Shown here one piece after another: positions 1 through 13,330 of a stretch of DNA of 64,000 nt (positions are counted from its first letter, which is position 1; the number at the start of each line of letters is the position of its first letter). The DNA comes from Eledone cirrhosa (taxonomy: Eukaryota). A program made the position numbers and the translations under genes. The stretch lies in the NCBI GenBank assembly GCA_964016885.1, contig OZ024744.1, forward strand, positions 86,614,001-86,678,000, given 5' to 3'. Below the pieces are notes generated by a model. It searched no databases. It saw nothing but the letters and a program-made list of their open reading frames with translations, and was not told the DNA's origin.

Positions 1-399
1 ACATATGTTTTTGAAACTACACAAGGTAAGCTACTTGTATAAGTAAGTACGATTTCTGGTTAAACCTCTTTAAGTTACACACCAACTTTCCCATGGAGTC
101 AATATGTTGTGAACTTTTCATATCTCGGGCTATGTTCTTAACAATGAAGAACAAAATATATTAAAAGAAAAAGTTAAACCTTATTAATAAATAACAATGT
201 AAGGTAAATGGACTCTGTTTGTTTCGACGAGGTCTCTCCCTTTTTTTGAACAACGAAACAGTTTACAAGTAAAATTATCCTTCAAGTGGCTGAGCATTAT
301 ACAGACACGTTTACGTTTGGCCTAATTCGCAGGAAGTTTGATCGTGACACACAATATAAGAAGGCTAGAGCTTTAAATTCCAGGTACTGATGGGTTTCT

Positions 400-540
400 A
401 AGCAGTTTCCTTCTACCCAATTTCACTCACAAGGTCAGGGTCGATCCGCAGTAATCGAAAACTCTATTTAATAGAAATGCCCCTCAATGGGATTGAACCT
501 GTGAATGTATGATTGAAAGCGAACGTCTTAACTATTCACC
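400..540 (-). mobile_element. Degenerate tRNA-derived SINE head (second, older SINE family)
   Basis: Minus strand shows a box-B-like GGTTCAATCCC (plus strand 'gggattgaacc', ~489-499), followed by the body motif 'ttctacccaatttcactcacaagg'; heavily decayed. Confidence 0.4.
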
Positions 541-905
541 CACTTTGGGACCAAAATGGTATAAAAGAGCGTATTGCTATGAACAAGCTACAAAATAATT
601 GACATTTGATGATTAAACATATTTTAGCAATAGATCAATAATTGATTATTTAGGAGAAATTGTTAGCAGTTGATAAATACAGATTAATGACCAAACCAAA
701 CCAATCACTCTATAAATAATTTTTACATAATGAGTAGAGATATCAATTAGTCTGAAGTTAATGGATATCGAATAGAAAATATAATGAAAACATTTTATAT
801 ACAGGCTGATGAATTATGGGTATTGTTAGAGTATGTAAGCAAAGAAAATAACCATATAAACTATATAAGTGCATGCTGAATAACAGTTCTCTGGCTATCA
901 GGCGG

Positions 906-1150
<245 letters not shown>

Positions 1151-1179
1151 ATAGAGGTGTAACACACAAGTTATTATAT

Positions 1180-1447
1180 ATTGGTAAACGGAATAGAAAA
1201 TGCTGACAAATTGTTCACAGTGAAAAATATGATTAGGAGTAAGTCAGAATTAGTAATAGTATTGGTTAGTATTCAGTTTTGGTTTTAAGTTTTACCGGTT
1301 GCGCATTTCTAATGCTTTTCAAAAATAATTTTGAGATAGTGCGTCCGTGATGTTTGCTCTGATCTGAGCAAACATCAGAGTAAACATCACGGACGCTCTA
1401 TCTCAAAATTATTTTTGAAAAGCATTAGAAATGCGCAACCGGTAAAA
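1180..1447. repeat. Interspersed repeat terminus ending in a ~74-bp-arm fold-back (arms 1290-1363 and 1374-1447); same family as 12029-12215
   Basis: The arms are reverse complements with 2 mismatches; 1180-1360 is the reverse complement of 12029-12215. Confidence 0.85.
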
Positions 1448-1559
1448 TTACAATTACATACAATAAAAACGTGTAAAATATTATCACAAATGTAATTTAA
1501 AAATTAGTCTATTTTCCCCAATAGAGAGAGACATTTCATATGGGTTACACATACCCCCG

Positions 1560-4372
1560 AAAAAAATGTGCAACCCTCATTTCCAGGAGTTTGTACTCCT
1601 TTCCTCTCCTCCTCTTTTTCCTCAACCTACAGGTTGATATAGAGAGAAGGCCCATTCACTCGGGCTAATCTCGCCACTTTCACCCACCTTTCATGAAACT
1701 TGCTGGGGTACAGCACCTCTCTCTCCATCCTGATTCTTCTTCCAAAGTGGTATTGGAAAAAAAGAATCATTGGCCGGAGAGAAAGGTGTTTGACCTCAGC
1801 CCTTTCAACCTTGTCCACCATACAACCTCTTTCGCCATAGCTATCACACAAAGGAAAACCGCCTCTCCTTCGTTTTTGAAGGAGGGTGGCGGTTTGATCA
1901 TGACAATGGACTCGGTGGTCAACTGGATTGGTCCCACACGCGACAATAGTCGTTCTACATAGCCCCAGAGGTCGGTGACGCCCGGGCAGTGTATGAATGC
2001 GTACGCGACGGTTTCTTCGTCTCGCACGCACCACGGATAGATCTTTTTTGCAAGGTCCCTGCCCGGGCGCCCATGTCTGTAGAGCTTGTCTCGAACTGGT
2101 AGAGCTCCTCGGTAGCACAGCCAGGGACTTTTGGAAGTTGTCCATCGGTCCCGGGTGGAAGGTCCTACCGAACAGACTGGCCAGTTCGTCTTCCTCTACG
2201 CCTAGAGTTTCACCGAGCACGTCGTCGCACTTGCTGCGGATCAACCTTCTATAGAATGACGAAGTGGAGTCTCCACTGATCGCCGGGTCCGCCTGCCAGA
2301 GGGCTGTGATCGCCTGAGCACATTCGATGTGCTAGTCGCCCATTTTCCTCGGTCTTTGCTTGACCCAGGACTGCAGCTCGGTCAGCGAGACGAGTCGTGG
2401 GAAGGCTCGCCTCACGAACGGGGCCCACACCGGTTGTCCGGTGAGGAATACGTAGAGATGCCGCAGCCTGAGCGCGTGTTTGCGCATCGTCAGCCACGGC
2501 AACCCCAGCCCTCCGTTGGAAGGGCGTTGGCAGCAGATGGATCTTCTCACCAAAGGAGCCGGCTTCTTCCAAAGGAATTGGAAGAGCGCGCGCTCCATTT
2601 TGGCGAACGTTTTGGCTGGACAAGGCACGACGATCAAGCGGTAGTAGATGGCGGACGCTATAAAAGTGTTCGCCACCTCCGCTCGACCTTTCAAGGATAG
2701 TTTGCACTCGGCCCACTTCTGGGTGAGTGCAAACACTTTGGCCGACACCTCGTTCCAGTTCCAGGTCCACGATCCGAGTTGCAAACCGATGGACTTGTCC
2801 CGGTTCAGCTTCGCTCTTGTGAACCTTTCGTATTCCTTCAGTAAGGTGCCGACTTCCTCGATTTGCGAGGCGCTCGACACCATTACTGTGACGTCGTCGG
2901 CGTAGGCCGACGCCGCTTTCCGCAGTCCCGGTTCCAGACGGATGCCTTGCAATAGCTCCAACTTCCGCAGTAGTGGCTCGAGAGTCAGTACGTACAGAAG
3001 GGAGGAGCGAGGGTATCCCTGTCGAATAGATCGCGTGATATGGAACGGCTCCGAGAGGTAGCCGTTCACCTTGACCCTTGAGCAGATGTTGCTGTTATAC
3101 ATTGCAGCAATCCAGCCCCTGAACACGGGTCCGAAACCTGCCGACTCGAGCACCGCATCCAGGTAACGATGGTCAACCCTATCGAAAGCCTTAGCCTGAT
3201 CCAAGTTGATCAGGGCCCCACCGAAGCCGGGTTTACACCCTACCCTCTCTATAATTTATCGCATGAGGTTAAGGTTGTCGTGTATGGACCTGGTCGGGAT
3301 TGCGCATGTCTGCGCTTCTGCCACCAGGTTCTCGACGACAAGAGCCAACCTCTTTGCCAACACCTTGGCCAAAATCTGTAACTCTGTGTTTAGCAGAGTT
3401 ATGGGCCGGAAGTTTCCTATGTCATCCCCCTTATTCTCGTCCTTCCTGACTAGTGTGACTACGCCCTCGGTCACAGAACTGGAAATTCTCCCGTTCTTTT
3501 GCCAGTTGCAGTAGACCGTTTCCAGGAGACCGTAGAATAAGTGCGGCATTGCTACGTAAAATTCGTAGGGTAGACCGTCGAGACCTGGAGATTTGCGTTT
3601 GCCGCATTGGCTCAGAGCGTCCCCTATCTCAGCGGCTGAAATAGGCTTTTCGCAGAACTTTGCCTCGCTGTCCGAGAATCGCGGTAGGCAGTCGAGGTAT
3701 GGACCGAAATCCATAGCCCCTCCCGGCGCGCCGCCCTGCCCACACAGCTGAGCAAAGTGCCGCTGAAAGGCCGCATACATCTGCTTCGGCTCACGTGCAC
3801 GCGTCCGTTTTGGTCCTTCAAAGACCGAATCGTGGACTTGTTGCCACTTTTTGCCTCCGTCACTCGGGCCCAGCTAACAGCTTTGGCTCCCTCGTTTCCC
3901 AGAGCATGTATTTAGCTTCTGACAACGCAGCCCTCGTGCTTTGCGTCGAAGAACTGGTCCAAGGCCGGTCTCATTGCTAGCACGCTGGCTACGTTGCCAC
4001 TTCTAATTGCCTCTTCTACTTTATCTACCAGTTCTTTCTCTAATGCTAATTCTTTACGAAAAACTAACGAGTCTAATCTAACTGCCCTCTTGAGAGAGTA
4101 CAACCATCTGTTGTTGACAATGGCCCCTGTCAAGTGCTGTTTAACTAAAGTGCTAATCCGTCTACTGTAGACTTTGCATGTCAGTAACGACAAGTTCAGC
4201 TTCCAGTAGCTGGGTCCTTGTCTATGGGTTCTATCAAGTTTGACCATGCAGGTCACTAGTTTGTGATCTGAATAGGCAACCATGAGCATTTGTGGACAGC
4301 TTAACATGTCCCTATCCTTATTTCTAACTAGATCCCTATCTATGTACGATCTAGATGTTCCGCTGAGATTGG
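1560..4372 (-). mobile_element. Tx1/L1-clade LINE ORF2 remnant (end of APE endonuclease, RT, C-terminal CCHC), frameshifted and 5'-truncated
   Basis: Consecutive minus-strand ORFs give YSDHKLV, YWKLN, KSPGLDGLPYEFY, NFRPITLLNTELQILAKVLAKRL, DQAKAFDRVDH, IRQGYP, AYADDVT, GGLGLP and EETVAYAFIHCP. Confidence 0.92.
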
Positions 4373-4449
4373 TCCCACCAGGGTGGGGAAACTTTTTAAA
4401 AGGACGCGGTTAATGGGTTTAACGCAAGGATTATCCACGTCCTTAGGAA

Positions 4450-5560
4450 AGTTTTCCTTTAAAGACTTATAGGTATCCGTAGGGACCCTAATCATCTTTA
4501 AATTAGGTTTGTCTACACATTTCTAAAAAGTTTTCCCTTCCGTTTTCACCGAAGGGTCGTTGGAGATGACCTCCATTAAAGTTTTGTTTTTACTGTTTAT
4601 GTATGTGTAATGTTCTTGTTGTGTTGCGGTGGTTTTTGTCTGTTGTTCTTGTGGGAGCTTTCGTTTTGTTGTAGATGTTTGTGTTTGGAGTGATGTTGTG
4701 GTTTTGTTTTCGGGACAGGGGGTTTTGTTTGTAATGTTTGTGTTGTTTGTGTTGGTCGTTATATGTTTGTAGTGATGTTTGTTGTTTTTTTGTTCTTGTG
4801 GTGTCTTTTCTTCTTTCTTTTCGAACGGAGATGATGTGGGGGCCTCGTCCGTTGTGGTGTCTGTGTTATTTGGAAGGGGTATGTTTTGGGGAGCTGTTGT
4901 GTTTGTGTTTTTGCAGTGGTTTTAGGTGGAGTGGGGTTGGGTGGGACTGTGCTTGCAGGTTGGTTTGTTGTTCTTGTTTTGGTTGTGTTTGCGTGTTATT
5001 GTTGTTGTTGTGGTGGTGGTGGTAGTTGTGTTGTTGTTTTGGGTGTTGGCAGTAGTGCCTCTTTATTTTGTTTAGTTAACTGAGGACAGTAAGCCTTCAG
5101 GGGCTTAAACAGTGGTAACAGGAAGGCCGCCTTCCCTCAACAGAAATGTTTATGTGTGAAATTCCATCCAGAGGCACACGTTGGGGTATTTTAGCTATCC
5201 GTTCTGGCCTCATTTGGACCAGAACTTCCATGCTTGTACCATTGAATGTGCCTCTGGAGGACTTTCCCACTGAAATGATGGTGTCTTCGTCGAAATCGAT
5301 GAAGCCAGTTAGAATCCACCAGACGTTTACATTTGGTGCAATGTTCAAAATTTTATATTTTTTTAGTTCTTTTTCCAATATATGTGGCGAAAAAGGTGTA
5401 AAGGGGGGACACAATCGGCGATACAGAATATTTTTGTGTTGTCAATTGGTCTTTCAACAACACCGAAATGCTTCCAAAAAGTTTCCCTTTTTGGATGAAG
5501 GCAATATCCTTCATGGAATTCTTCAGAACCAGTTCAATATCGTTTTGGGATAACTGAACT
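4450..5560 (-). mobile_element. Degraded LINE ORF1-like (gag-like) remnant with zinc-knuckle start and T/K/P-rich tail
   Basis: ISVEGRRPSCYHCLSP (CxxC knuckle start) followed by low-complexity coding-like sequence; upstream of and co-oriented with the Tx1 ORF2, but much more AT-rich. Confidence 0.5.
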
Positions 5561-6088
5561 GGTTTTTTCGACACATTTGAAATAGATAGATATAAATAGA
5601 GAGAAAGAGAGAGAGAGAGTGGGTTGGAAAGAGAGAAAGAAAGAGAGACAGAGCTTTTAAACTCCATGTTCCTTTATGAAAGCATCTGAATAAGTGAAAG
5701 GAAATAATTTTAACCGGGCAGAGTGTTTAGATATAATTATTTTACAAATATTTAGATGTTGCGCTCTATGTGTATATTCTATATCTAAATTACATTGGAT
5801 TCAGACTTTGTTAATCAAACCTGTACTGGCTTTGAATCTAAGCAAACACGTAGTTCTGTATGAATATAAAACCAATTTAACTGAACATTTTTAAGGGACC
5901 TGAAAACAACCAGGCCGATGATATAGAAATTATGTTTATTTCATGTTGCTCCCGTTTAGTCAGTTGTAGAAATGAGATGATAGGACCGGTGTCCCTATCA
6001 ATAAATCATCCAAGACACCTCCAACGAGATATACCTTGGAGGAGGCCAGCTAAACCTGTATAGGTGTGAGCTGTTACACACACACACC

Positions 6089-6133
<45 letters not shown>

Positions 6134-6359
6134 GCGCGCGCACGCACGCACACACAGGCGCGTGCGCTCACGCACACTCACGAACACGCATAAATACTAA
6201 CTCATAGAACATGCAAAACGTTTAACTTGTTAAATAACATATCTCATACCTGTGACTAAAACAATATTTCGGGACATGTAGATACCACTAACTGTTATAA
6301 TTTACCAATTTCAGAAATGGCGGAATATTAGATATTAATATAGAAGGGGATTGTTGTTT

Positions 6360-6508
6360 CTGACAGAAATGGCTGGAAGAAGTGTTTGAGGAATCTGACA
6401 CCACAAGAAGAAGAAGAAGAAGAAGAAGAAGAAGAAGAAGAAGAAGAAGAAGAAGAAGAAGAAGAAGAAGAAGAAGAAGAAGAAGAAGAAGAAGAAGAAG
6501 AAGAAGAA
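6360..6508 (+). repeat. (AAG)n tract preceded by a short motif resembling a LINE (RTE-like) 3' end
   Basis: About 34 AAG units; the preceding 'gacagaaatggctggaagaagtgtttgag' recurs in degenerate form at ~11650. Confidence 0.6.
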
Positions 6509-7433
6509 TGTGGTGCTGTTCTTATTGTGGAACTCCATCACAGGGGTGATTCGGCAGATTTTTGACACGTATGTAGTCCATCGATTGGCTAGGTATTGCC
6601 ATAGTCATAACCCTGAATAGGACATCACCCAATCCTGTGGTGAAAAATAATAATACGTTTGATTTTTGATTATTTAATTAAATCAGTGTACAAATTCGCT
6701 TTATATGTCATCTTATCTTGTTTTGACTGGAAATTAGATATTTGAATACAATGTTATCAATTTATTCTTAATATTCTATAAATAACAACTTTTCAAAACC
6801 TGAATCCTAGCATAACACCATTTATAAATTGATTTAACAACCAATTCATATTGTGAGAAATGTGAAAATATTCGAGACCTCCCGTTATCTTTTAACTTCT
6901 CAAACAATGACAGTTATTTCATATTACATTTCCGTTAGTTAAAGCGCTATCAAAAGGCCACTGATGGAATCATATGACTAAATGTCTTCTTTCTTTGAAC
7001 TGAGAACTCTACAGGCTTTGCGGCGATCTGGAGACTGAAATCTGACGGTAACAGTATAAATAACTATGGTGTGACTTTGAATGCGTTTAGTTTCAAGTAG
7101 ATTTCATTTAGTGTATGAATAACTCTTGAGTATGAAATATTGGTTTGTCAATAGAGAGATCTTGAATACTAAACAAATTCATGAAGCTGATGAAGGTAAT
7201 TACAGAAGCACAGTGGGAATTCAAGTTTCTTGTCTGACCTAACTGCTAAGGTGTTGCCGTCTTATTACAAGTGAGATTAGTATAGCCTCTTCACTGTGAG
7301 CCTATCCAGTAGTGACTTCTATACTGCAAATTGGAGATGAAAGGAAAATTATATTTTTCGTTAACTTTCAGGTAAATATACCGAGTCGATAGAATCAAGC
7401 TACAAACTACCACCACAAAATGAAGCCTATAAA

Positions 7434-7649
<216 letters not shown>

Positions 7650-7771
7650 GGGGGTGAGTTTTATTGTAGGACAATAAAACTCTGCATATATCGGATAAGT
7701 AGCACTCAACAGTTTATTGGACTGGTGTATATATAAGAAGAAATTAAAAGATGGTTAAAAAATTTCCAAAT

Positions 7772-7840
7772 ATTTTATTATGCGCATTTCAAATACAAAT
7801 ATCATCCTGGGACGATAGTTACGTTCTCATCAAATAAAAT
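7772..7840 (-). ncRNA. Type-I hammerhead ribozyme-like motif (C3U variant, palindromic stem III)
   Basis: Minus strand: ATTTTAT-TTGATGA-...TATCGTC/GATGATA hairpin...-GAAA-TGCGCA-TA-ATAAAAT. Confidence 0.55.
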
Positions 7841-7919
7841 AAGGTAACATCAAATAAAATAAGGTATGATGCCTAAAAAACACTTGTGAACATGGAAGTG
7901 TCCAGTCAACATATATGTT

Positions 7920-7957
<38 letters not shown>

Positions 7958-8132
7958 GTGTGTGCGTGTGTGTGTGCGTGTGTGTGTGTGTGTAGTTGCT
8001 TTTTAATCTATCCCTAATCTATATCCGTGTATTCCTCCGTTAACGTCCTTTACTCGTCGTCAGGTATCGATCTATCTAACTAAAATAAGGTCACCCAAGG
8101 TGGTTACTTGACTTGTTACGGATAGTATCTAA

Positions 8133-9410
8133 AGGCTTCAACAGCTCGAGACTCTTACGAGCCTACTGGGCTTGATTGACGGCCACCGAGCTCTCTTTCT
8201 GCTGAGGAACTGCTTCGCCGTGCCGAAGCTCCGTTATACACTCCGCAGCGCTCCATGCTACACCCAGACATCTCTGCCCTCTGACCTCGATACTTGTATC
8301 CGAGCAACAGCCGAGTGGATATGCAACGTCAAGTTTGACGACATAGGGTGGCAACAGGTCACTTTACCGCTCAGGTATGGCGGCCTAGGCCTCCGGTCCC
8401 CGATCTCACTAGCTTTTCCGGCGTATCTTTCGTCGGTAACCTCGTGCCGCGTCCTCGTCAGCAGGGTTCTTCAAAACACAACAGAACCCTCTGTGTTCAG
8501 AGAACGTGAGGCCGCCTGTGAGACGTGGGACTGATTGGGACTTAGCTCAGTAGACGTCCCTCCTCCTTCTCCCCCTGTTGACGTCAAGTCCCCCCAACGC
8601 ACTTGGGATGCCATCCAGTGCAGCCTGGCCTCAGATAGGCTCACGCGCCAGATCGACCAGCACCGCCTTGCTTGTTTTCGTGCGGCCTCCAAACCCCACA
8701 GTGGTACCTGGCTCCGTGCCCTGCCCTCTTTCTCCACTGGCACGCACCTAGACAACCATAGCCTGCGAATCGGCGTTTCTGTGAGGCTCGGCCTCCGGAT
8801 CTGCTAGCCACACCAATGTCGCTGCGGTTCCACCGTGGACTCTTTCAGCCTCCGCCCGCTTACCTGTCGCCGCATTTCCGGCCGCATTCCACGCCATGCT
8901 GCCCTCAACTAGGTCATTAACCACGGATTGGACGCTGCAGGCTTCCCTTCCCAGCTCGAGCCGGTGGGGCTGGATCGAGGGGAGGGCAAAAGGCCAGATG
9001 GCATGACCATCTTCCCGTTCCGCGGTGGCAAACCCCTCGTCTGGGATGCCACTTGCACCGACACTTTTTGCAGCCGCAACCTGGTGCATTCTGCGACTGA
9101 CCCAGGTTCTGCTGCACGTCGGGCTGAGGGGGCCAAACTCCTCAAATACCGGTCGCTCTCCGACAGGTTTGCCGTCGTTCCCCTGGCAGTGGAGACTTCC
9201 GGTGTCCTCGGCCTCAGGGCTACCTCCTTACTCACCACCATAGGCGCTGAGCTGGCCAGCCGTTGGTGTGAGCCCCGCGAGTTGGAGTGTCTTTTCCAGC
9301 GCGTCTCCCTCGCCGTCCTTCGGGGAAACGCCTTCTCCATTCCGTCCGTGTGGGTGGGCCCCATCGCGTACCAATACATTAGTTAAATACCATTCTCTCA
9401 TCTGATATAT
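8133..9410 (+). mobile_element. CRE-like (RLE-type) non-LTR retrotransposon, 3' fragment (copy 1)
   Basis: TLPLRYGGLGLRS, SGTWLRALP, CRCG zinc finger, KRPDGMTIFPFRGGKPLVWDATC, AEGAKLLKY, PLAVETSG and LFQRVSLAVLRGNA; in-frame stops; near-identical to 37380-38660. Confidence 0.9.
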
Positions 9411-9515
9411 CTCAAAAATTATATTTTGTACAAGTCGTAGACTTATATTCTATTTAGGTAACTATATATAGTGACGAAACATAAGTCAATTGCATGAACT
9501 CATAATCCTTTATTT

Positions 9516-9571
9516 ACTGCTATATATATTTCGATGATAGCCATTGAATGGCTATGAGCTCATCAGGCAGT
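9516..9571 (-). ncRNA. Minimal type-I hammerhead ribozyme (intact core)
   Basis: Minus strand: ACTGC-CTGATGA-G..ATAGCCAT-TCA-ATGGCTAT..C-GAAA-TATATA-TA-GCAGT; perfect 5-bp stem I and 8-bp distal stem II. Confidence 0.75.
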
Positions 9572-9849
9572 TAGTCAGTTCTTAGATATGCCAGCCCTGT
9601 GTTTATAGTGTTGATGGTATCAGAGCCGTGGGACATATATATATATATATATTTCTCATTCCTTTTCTATCACTCTATCTCTCTCGCATTCTCTGTAAAA
9701 AATATTGGAGTTTAGACTTGGAGACGGATAAGCTCTGCCAAATTTTAAGTATCATGACGACGCTCCTAAAACTTCATCGTGAAATACCAATCCAAACATA
9801 TTTCTCAAAGAATCTTCCACCAAATTAAAAAGGAATGAATGAAGTACAT

Positions 9850-9850
<1 letters not shown>

Positions 9851-9933
<83 letters not shown>

Positions 9934-10115
9934 GCGCGCGCACACACAATCACACACAATCACACACAATCACACACAATCACACACAATCACACACAAT
10001 CACACACAATCATACACAATCACACACAATCACACACACACGCGCTCGCAGAGACACACACACAATCACACACAATCACACACACACACACACAATCACA
10101 CAATCACACTCACAA
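9851..10115. repeat. (CA)n microsatellite grading into a (CACACACAAT)n decamer array
   Basis: Directly visible. Confidence 0.9.
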
Positions 10116-10288
10116 ACACACATATCTACATACGAACCTATGTTTATGTAGATTAAACATATAAGAGTCTCGGTATGATTGTTTTTGGTTGGGATCCTGT
10201 CACATCTTTCACAGTAGCTGGTAAATATGAATTTTATCTACCATGGGAGACATTTACTTACACGGTACTTGTAGCCGGAAGCATTCGG

Positions 10289-10470
10289 ACTTACCTTGCG
10301 TCTTCGAATCACTTTGGTCAGAATCGTTCCACTCTCTACGTGCGGTACATCCAACTCAGTCTGCCTTCATACAACACGTCTACACACCACAGGAACTGCT
10401 ATCACAGGGGCGCAGGAGAAGCCCATCAACACTCGTGTGACGTCACTCATCTTCATGCTTCCGGTCAAGC
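10289..10470 (-). promoter_or_regulatory. Candidate promoter / first non-coding exon
   Basis: CpG-rich unique island with an ETS-type CCGGAAG (10458-10464, minus), a perfect TGACGTCA (10438-10445) and a consensus donor AAG|GTAAGT at 10295/10294. Confidence 0.25.
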
Positions 10471-10571
10471 GGCCCCAACTTTCGGCAATCCCCCCCCACC
10501 CACACTCCACGGCAACCGTACAGTATCCCCCCCCCCCCCGCAAAAAAGCTGAAAAATATTTTCATAAACAA

Positions 10572-10760
10572 ATAATTGTTTCTACTTTTGGCAGAAGGCC
10601 AGCAATTACCCAGTGCATTACTGGTACTTTATTTTATCGACCACGTAAGGATGAAAGGCAAAGTTAACCTCGGCGGGATTTGAACTCGGAATGGAAAGGG
10701 GCGTAACTCTATGCGTCAAAACATGGCGTCCGACCCTTTACTGATACTGCCAATCCACCG
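10572..10760 (-). mobile_element. tRNA-derived SINE (major family), near full length
   Basis: Box A TGGCAGTATC.G, box B GAGTTCAAATCC, conserved body 'gtcgataaaataaagtaccag', tail 'gtagaaacaattatt'. Confidence 0.9.
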
Positions 10761-11182
10761 ATGAATTATGGGAAGTGGAATACATATCTAACATAATAAT
10801 CGAATACACATTTCCGCTAGTTTGAAAACACTAAGTGCACTGGTATAGGAACATATTTATTTTGAATAGTTTGGGATTTTATATATTTTAGCAGACAAAA
10901 TGTTGATAGGTATTGTATATAATAGCATACGTTTACGTTCATATATACGTTTAATGGTGTCCACAGGTGTTCCTATACAAAATAGTTAAATATTGTTCTT
11001 GTGTTTATGATATAAATGAACAGTTAGTTATCTGGCCAAAGAAATTATTTCCATTTTTGTCTGAAATTAATGATAAAAACATCACCAATACAAAATGGCA
11101 TCCACTATGACTGACTATGCGCATTCATTCTCTCACACAAGTCAAAGGAAGTCACTACGTTTATGCATTTTCCAGTACATAT

Positions 11183-11350
11183 TATTATTTCTACTTTCGG
11201 TACAAGGCCAACAATTATCCCAGTGCATTACTGGTACTTTATTTTATCGACTCTGTAAGGATGAAATCTCGGCGGGATTTGAACACATACCATAAAGGGC
11301 CGTAACTCTTTGCTGCAAAGCATGGCGTCCGACCCTCTACCGATACTGAC
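11183..11350 (-). mobile_element. tRNA-derived SINE, internally deleted copy
   Basis: Similarity to the other copies in the window. Confidence 0.85.
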
Positions 11351-12028
11351 AAGTACATATTATGAAGTCGAAAATTTAACAAAACAAATGTTACGTGTAT
11401 AGAATTAAATGTACGACATTTAAGTCGTACAACACATGACGAAAAAGGTCAGATAGACCCGGAAGGACCAGCAGTCAGGGCCAGTAATGGTCGAAGCTGT
11501 GTATGGAACTGTCTCCCTTCCTCTTTCGTTAAATTGCTTATTTAATTAAACATATCCCCTTTCCTATCACATGGCGTTTGTCGCATTCTCTCGTCTTGGT
11601 GTCTTCCAATAACTGGCTATTTTCGTCATGTCGGACATTTAATTATATCTGACAGACTCGCTGGAAGGAGTGTTTGAGAAGGACTCTGCCCCCACGACCC
11701 TCCCAGAAATAAGTGGGCGAAAAGAAAAAGATCTTGTCAATTTATTTTTCAATTTACATATATATATTTGCGTATAATACCAATATGCACACTACATATA
11801 CTAAGAGAAAAACCGCTCGCGGGCGGTTTTTCTTGTTAGTATATGTAATTTTGGTTTTCTTTACTTTTGTTTTCGTCTTCATACTCCAAAGACAGGGTTT
11901 CACTATTTTATCAGACACTGTGACCCCGGATGAACCAGCACCACATATGGTAGGGTCGAAACTGCATACCTACATTTCGACGGCCGATGATCATGGAGTT
12001 TTACTTGTGTCCGATATATATATATTTA

Positions 12029-12213
12029 GAGCAAACATCACGAGCGCTCTATCTCAAAATTACTTTTGAAACGCATTAGAAATGCGCAACCGGTAAGAAC
12101 TTAAAACTAAAACTGAATACTAACCAATACTTATTACTAATTTATACTTATTCTTAATTAAACTATTTTTCACTGGAAAACATTTTCAGCATTTTCTTTT
12201 CCTTTTACTAATA

Positions 12214-12215
<2 letters not shown>
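12029..12215 (+). repeat. Second copy of the 1180-1447 repeat family, flanked by (TA)n
   Basis: 'gagcaaacatcacgagcgctctatctcaaaattac...ccggtaagaacttaaaactaaaactgaatactaaccaatac' matches 1180-1360 (reverse complement). Confidence 0.8.
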
Positions 12216-12273
<58 letters not shown>

Positions 12274-12930
12274 CATACATATACATATATATAAATATAT
12301 ATTTATATATATACATAAATACATATATATATATATATATATAATTCAAGAAATAAGAGTAACATGATTGGTTGTACAATAATGGCTTTATTCACAGGAC
12401 AATTGTTTCGTTGATCTGGTGTTGCGTCAATATATTACCCGTATGTTTTGGGAAGGTACGTATACTTTCTCGTACGTATATTTGATTGTATATGTTATGG
12501 CGTATATTTTTATATATTCTGGTACACGTGCTTTTGGTTATGGGTATACGGGAGTTTTGCGTCTGTGTGAGTATGCGGGTTCGTACGTATGTTGGGTGTG
12601 TGTATATGTGTACTTCATGTTTTGGTTGACGTACGTCTCCGAACATTTGTGTATTTATATGTAGGTATGTGTGTGCGCTTGTTATATACGTATTTATTTA
12701 TTTATATACGTTTATTTAATTATTTATTTATTTGTATACACGCACACACACACATATTTATAAGTGCGTGGTTTTGTATACCTATGGCGAGTATTTTCGC
12801 GTATGCTTGTGTATGTACCTATTTGGACGCGTGTATGTATTTATTTCATTTCAATTACCTCTGTATTGTATTTTATTCACTTTATTCTTAACTCTGAAGC
12901 GGAGAATCATTCGGTTTCCTAGTTAGAATT

Positions 12931-13200
12931 TTAGTCTACGACTTCAGCTATACCAGCTACACGTGGTTTTGTCTTTGCGTTCAATTGTTCTCCCCGCTCC
13001 ACATATGACGTATTATCTTCGTTTTTTCCGTTCATTGCCAGAGAACGTCTCTATGAACCACCTAAGAGAACATTAGTCTACGACTTCTTTTATACCATAA
13101 ACGTGGTTTTGTCTTTGCGTGTAATTGTTTTTCACCGCTCCTATTAATGACGTATTATTCGTTTTTTCCCGTTCTTTGCCAGGGAACGTTTCCACGAACC
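12931..13200. repeat. Diverged ~143-bp tandem duplication
   Basis: 'ttagtctacgacttc...cgtggttttgtctttgcgt...atgacgtattat...ttgccag.gaacgt' occurs twice. Confidence 0.8.
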
Positions 13201-13279
13201 AAAGTTTCGTCTTCCTGTCTTCCTCCGGTTGCAACGTTCTTTGAAATATTCACTTCTGCGTTTACAGATTGACTTTGTT

Positions 13280-13330
13280 AGTTTCAGAAGATCCCGTTAA
13301 GGGTGAAAGCAGCGATTCTTTGCTTAAACT
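13280..13330 (+). ncRNA. Hammerhead-like motif with U4A core variant
   Basis: AGTTT-CAGAAGA-T-CCC-GTTAA-GGG-T-GAA-AGCA-(9 nt)-TGCT-T-AAACT; all three stems can form; second copy at 55436-55485. Confidence 0.5.
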
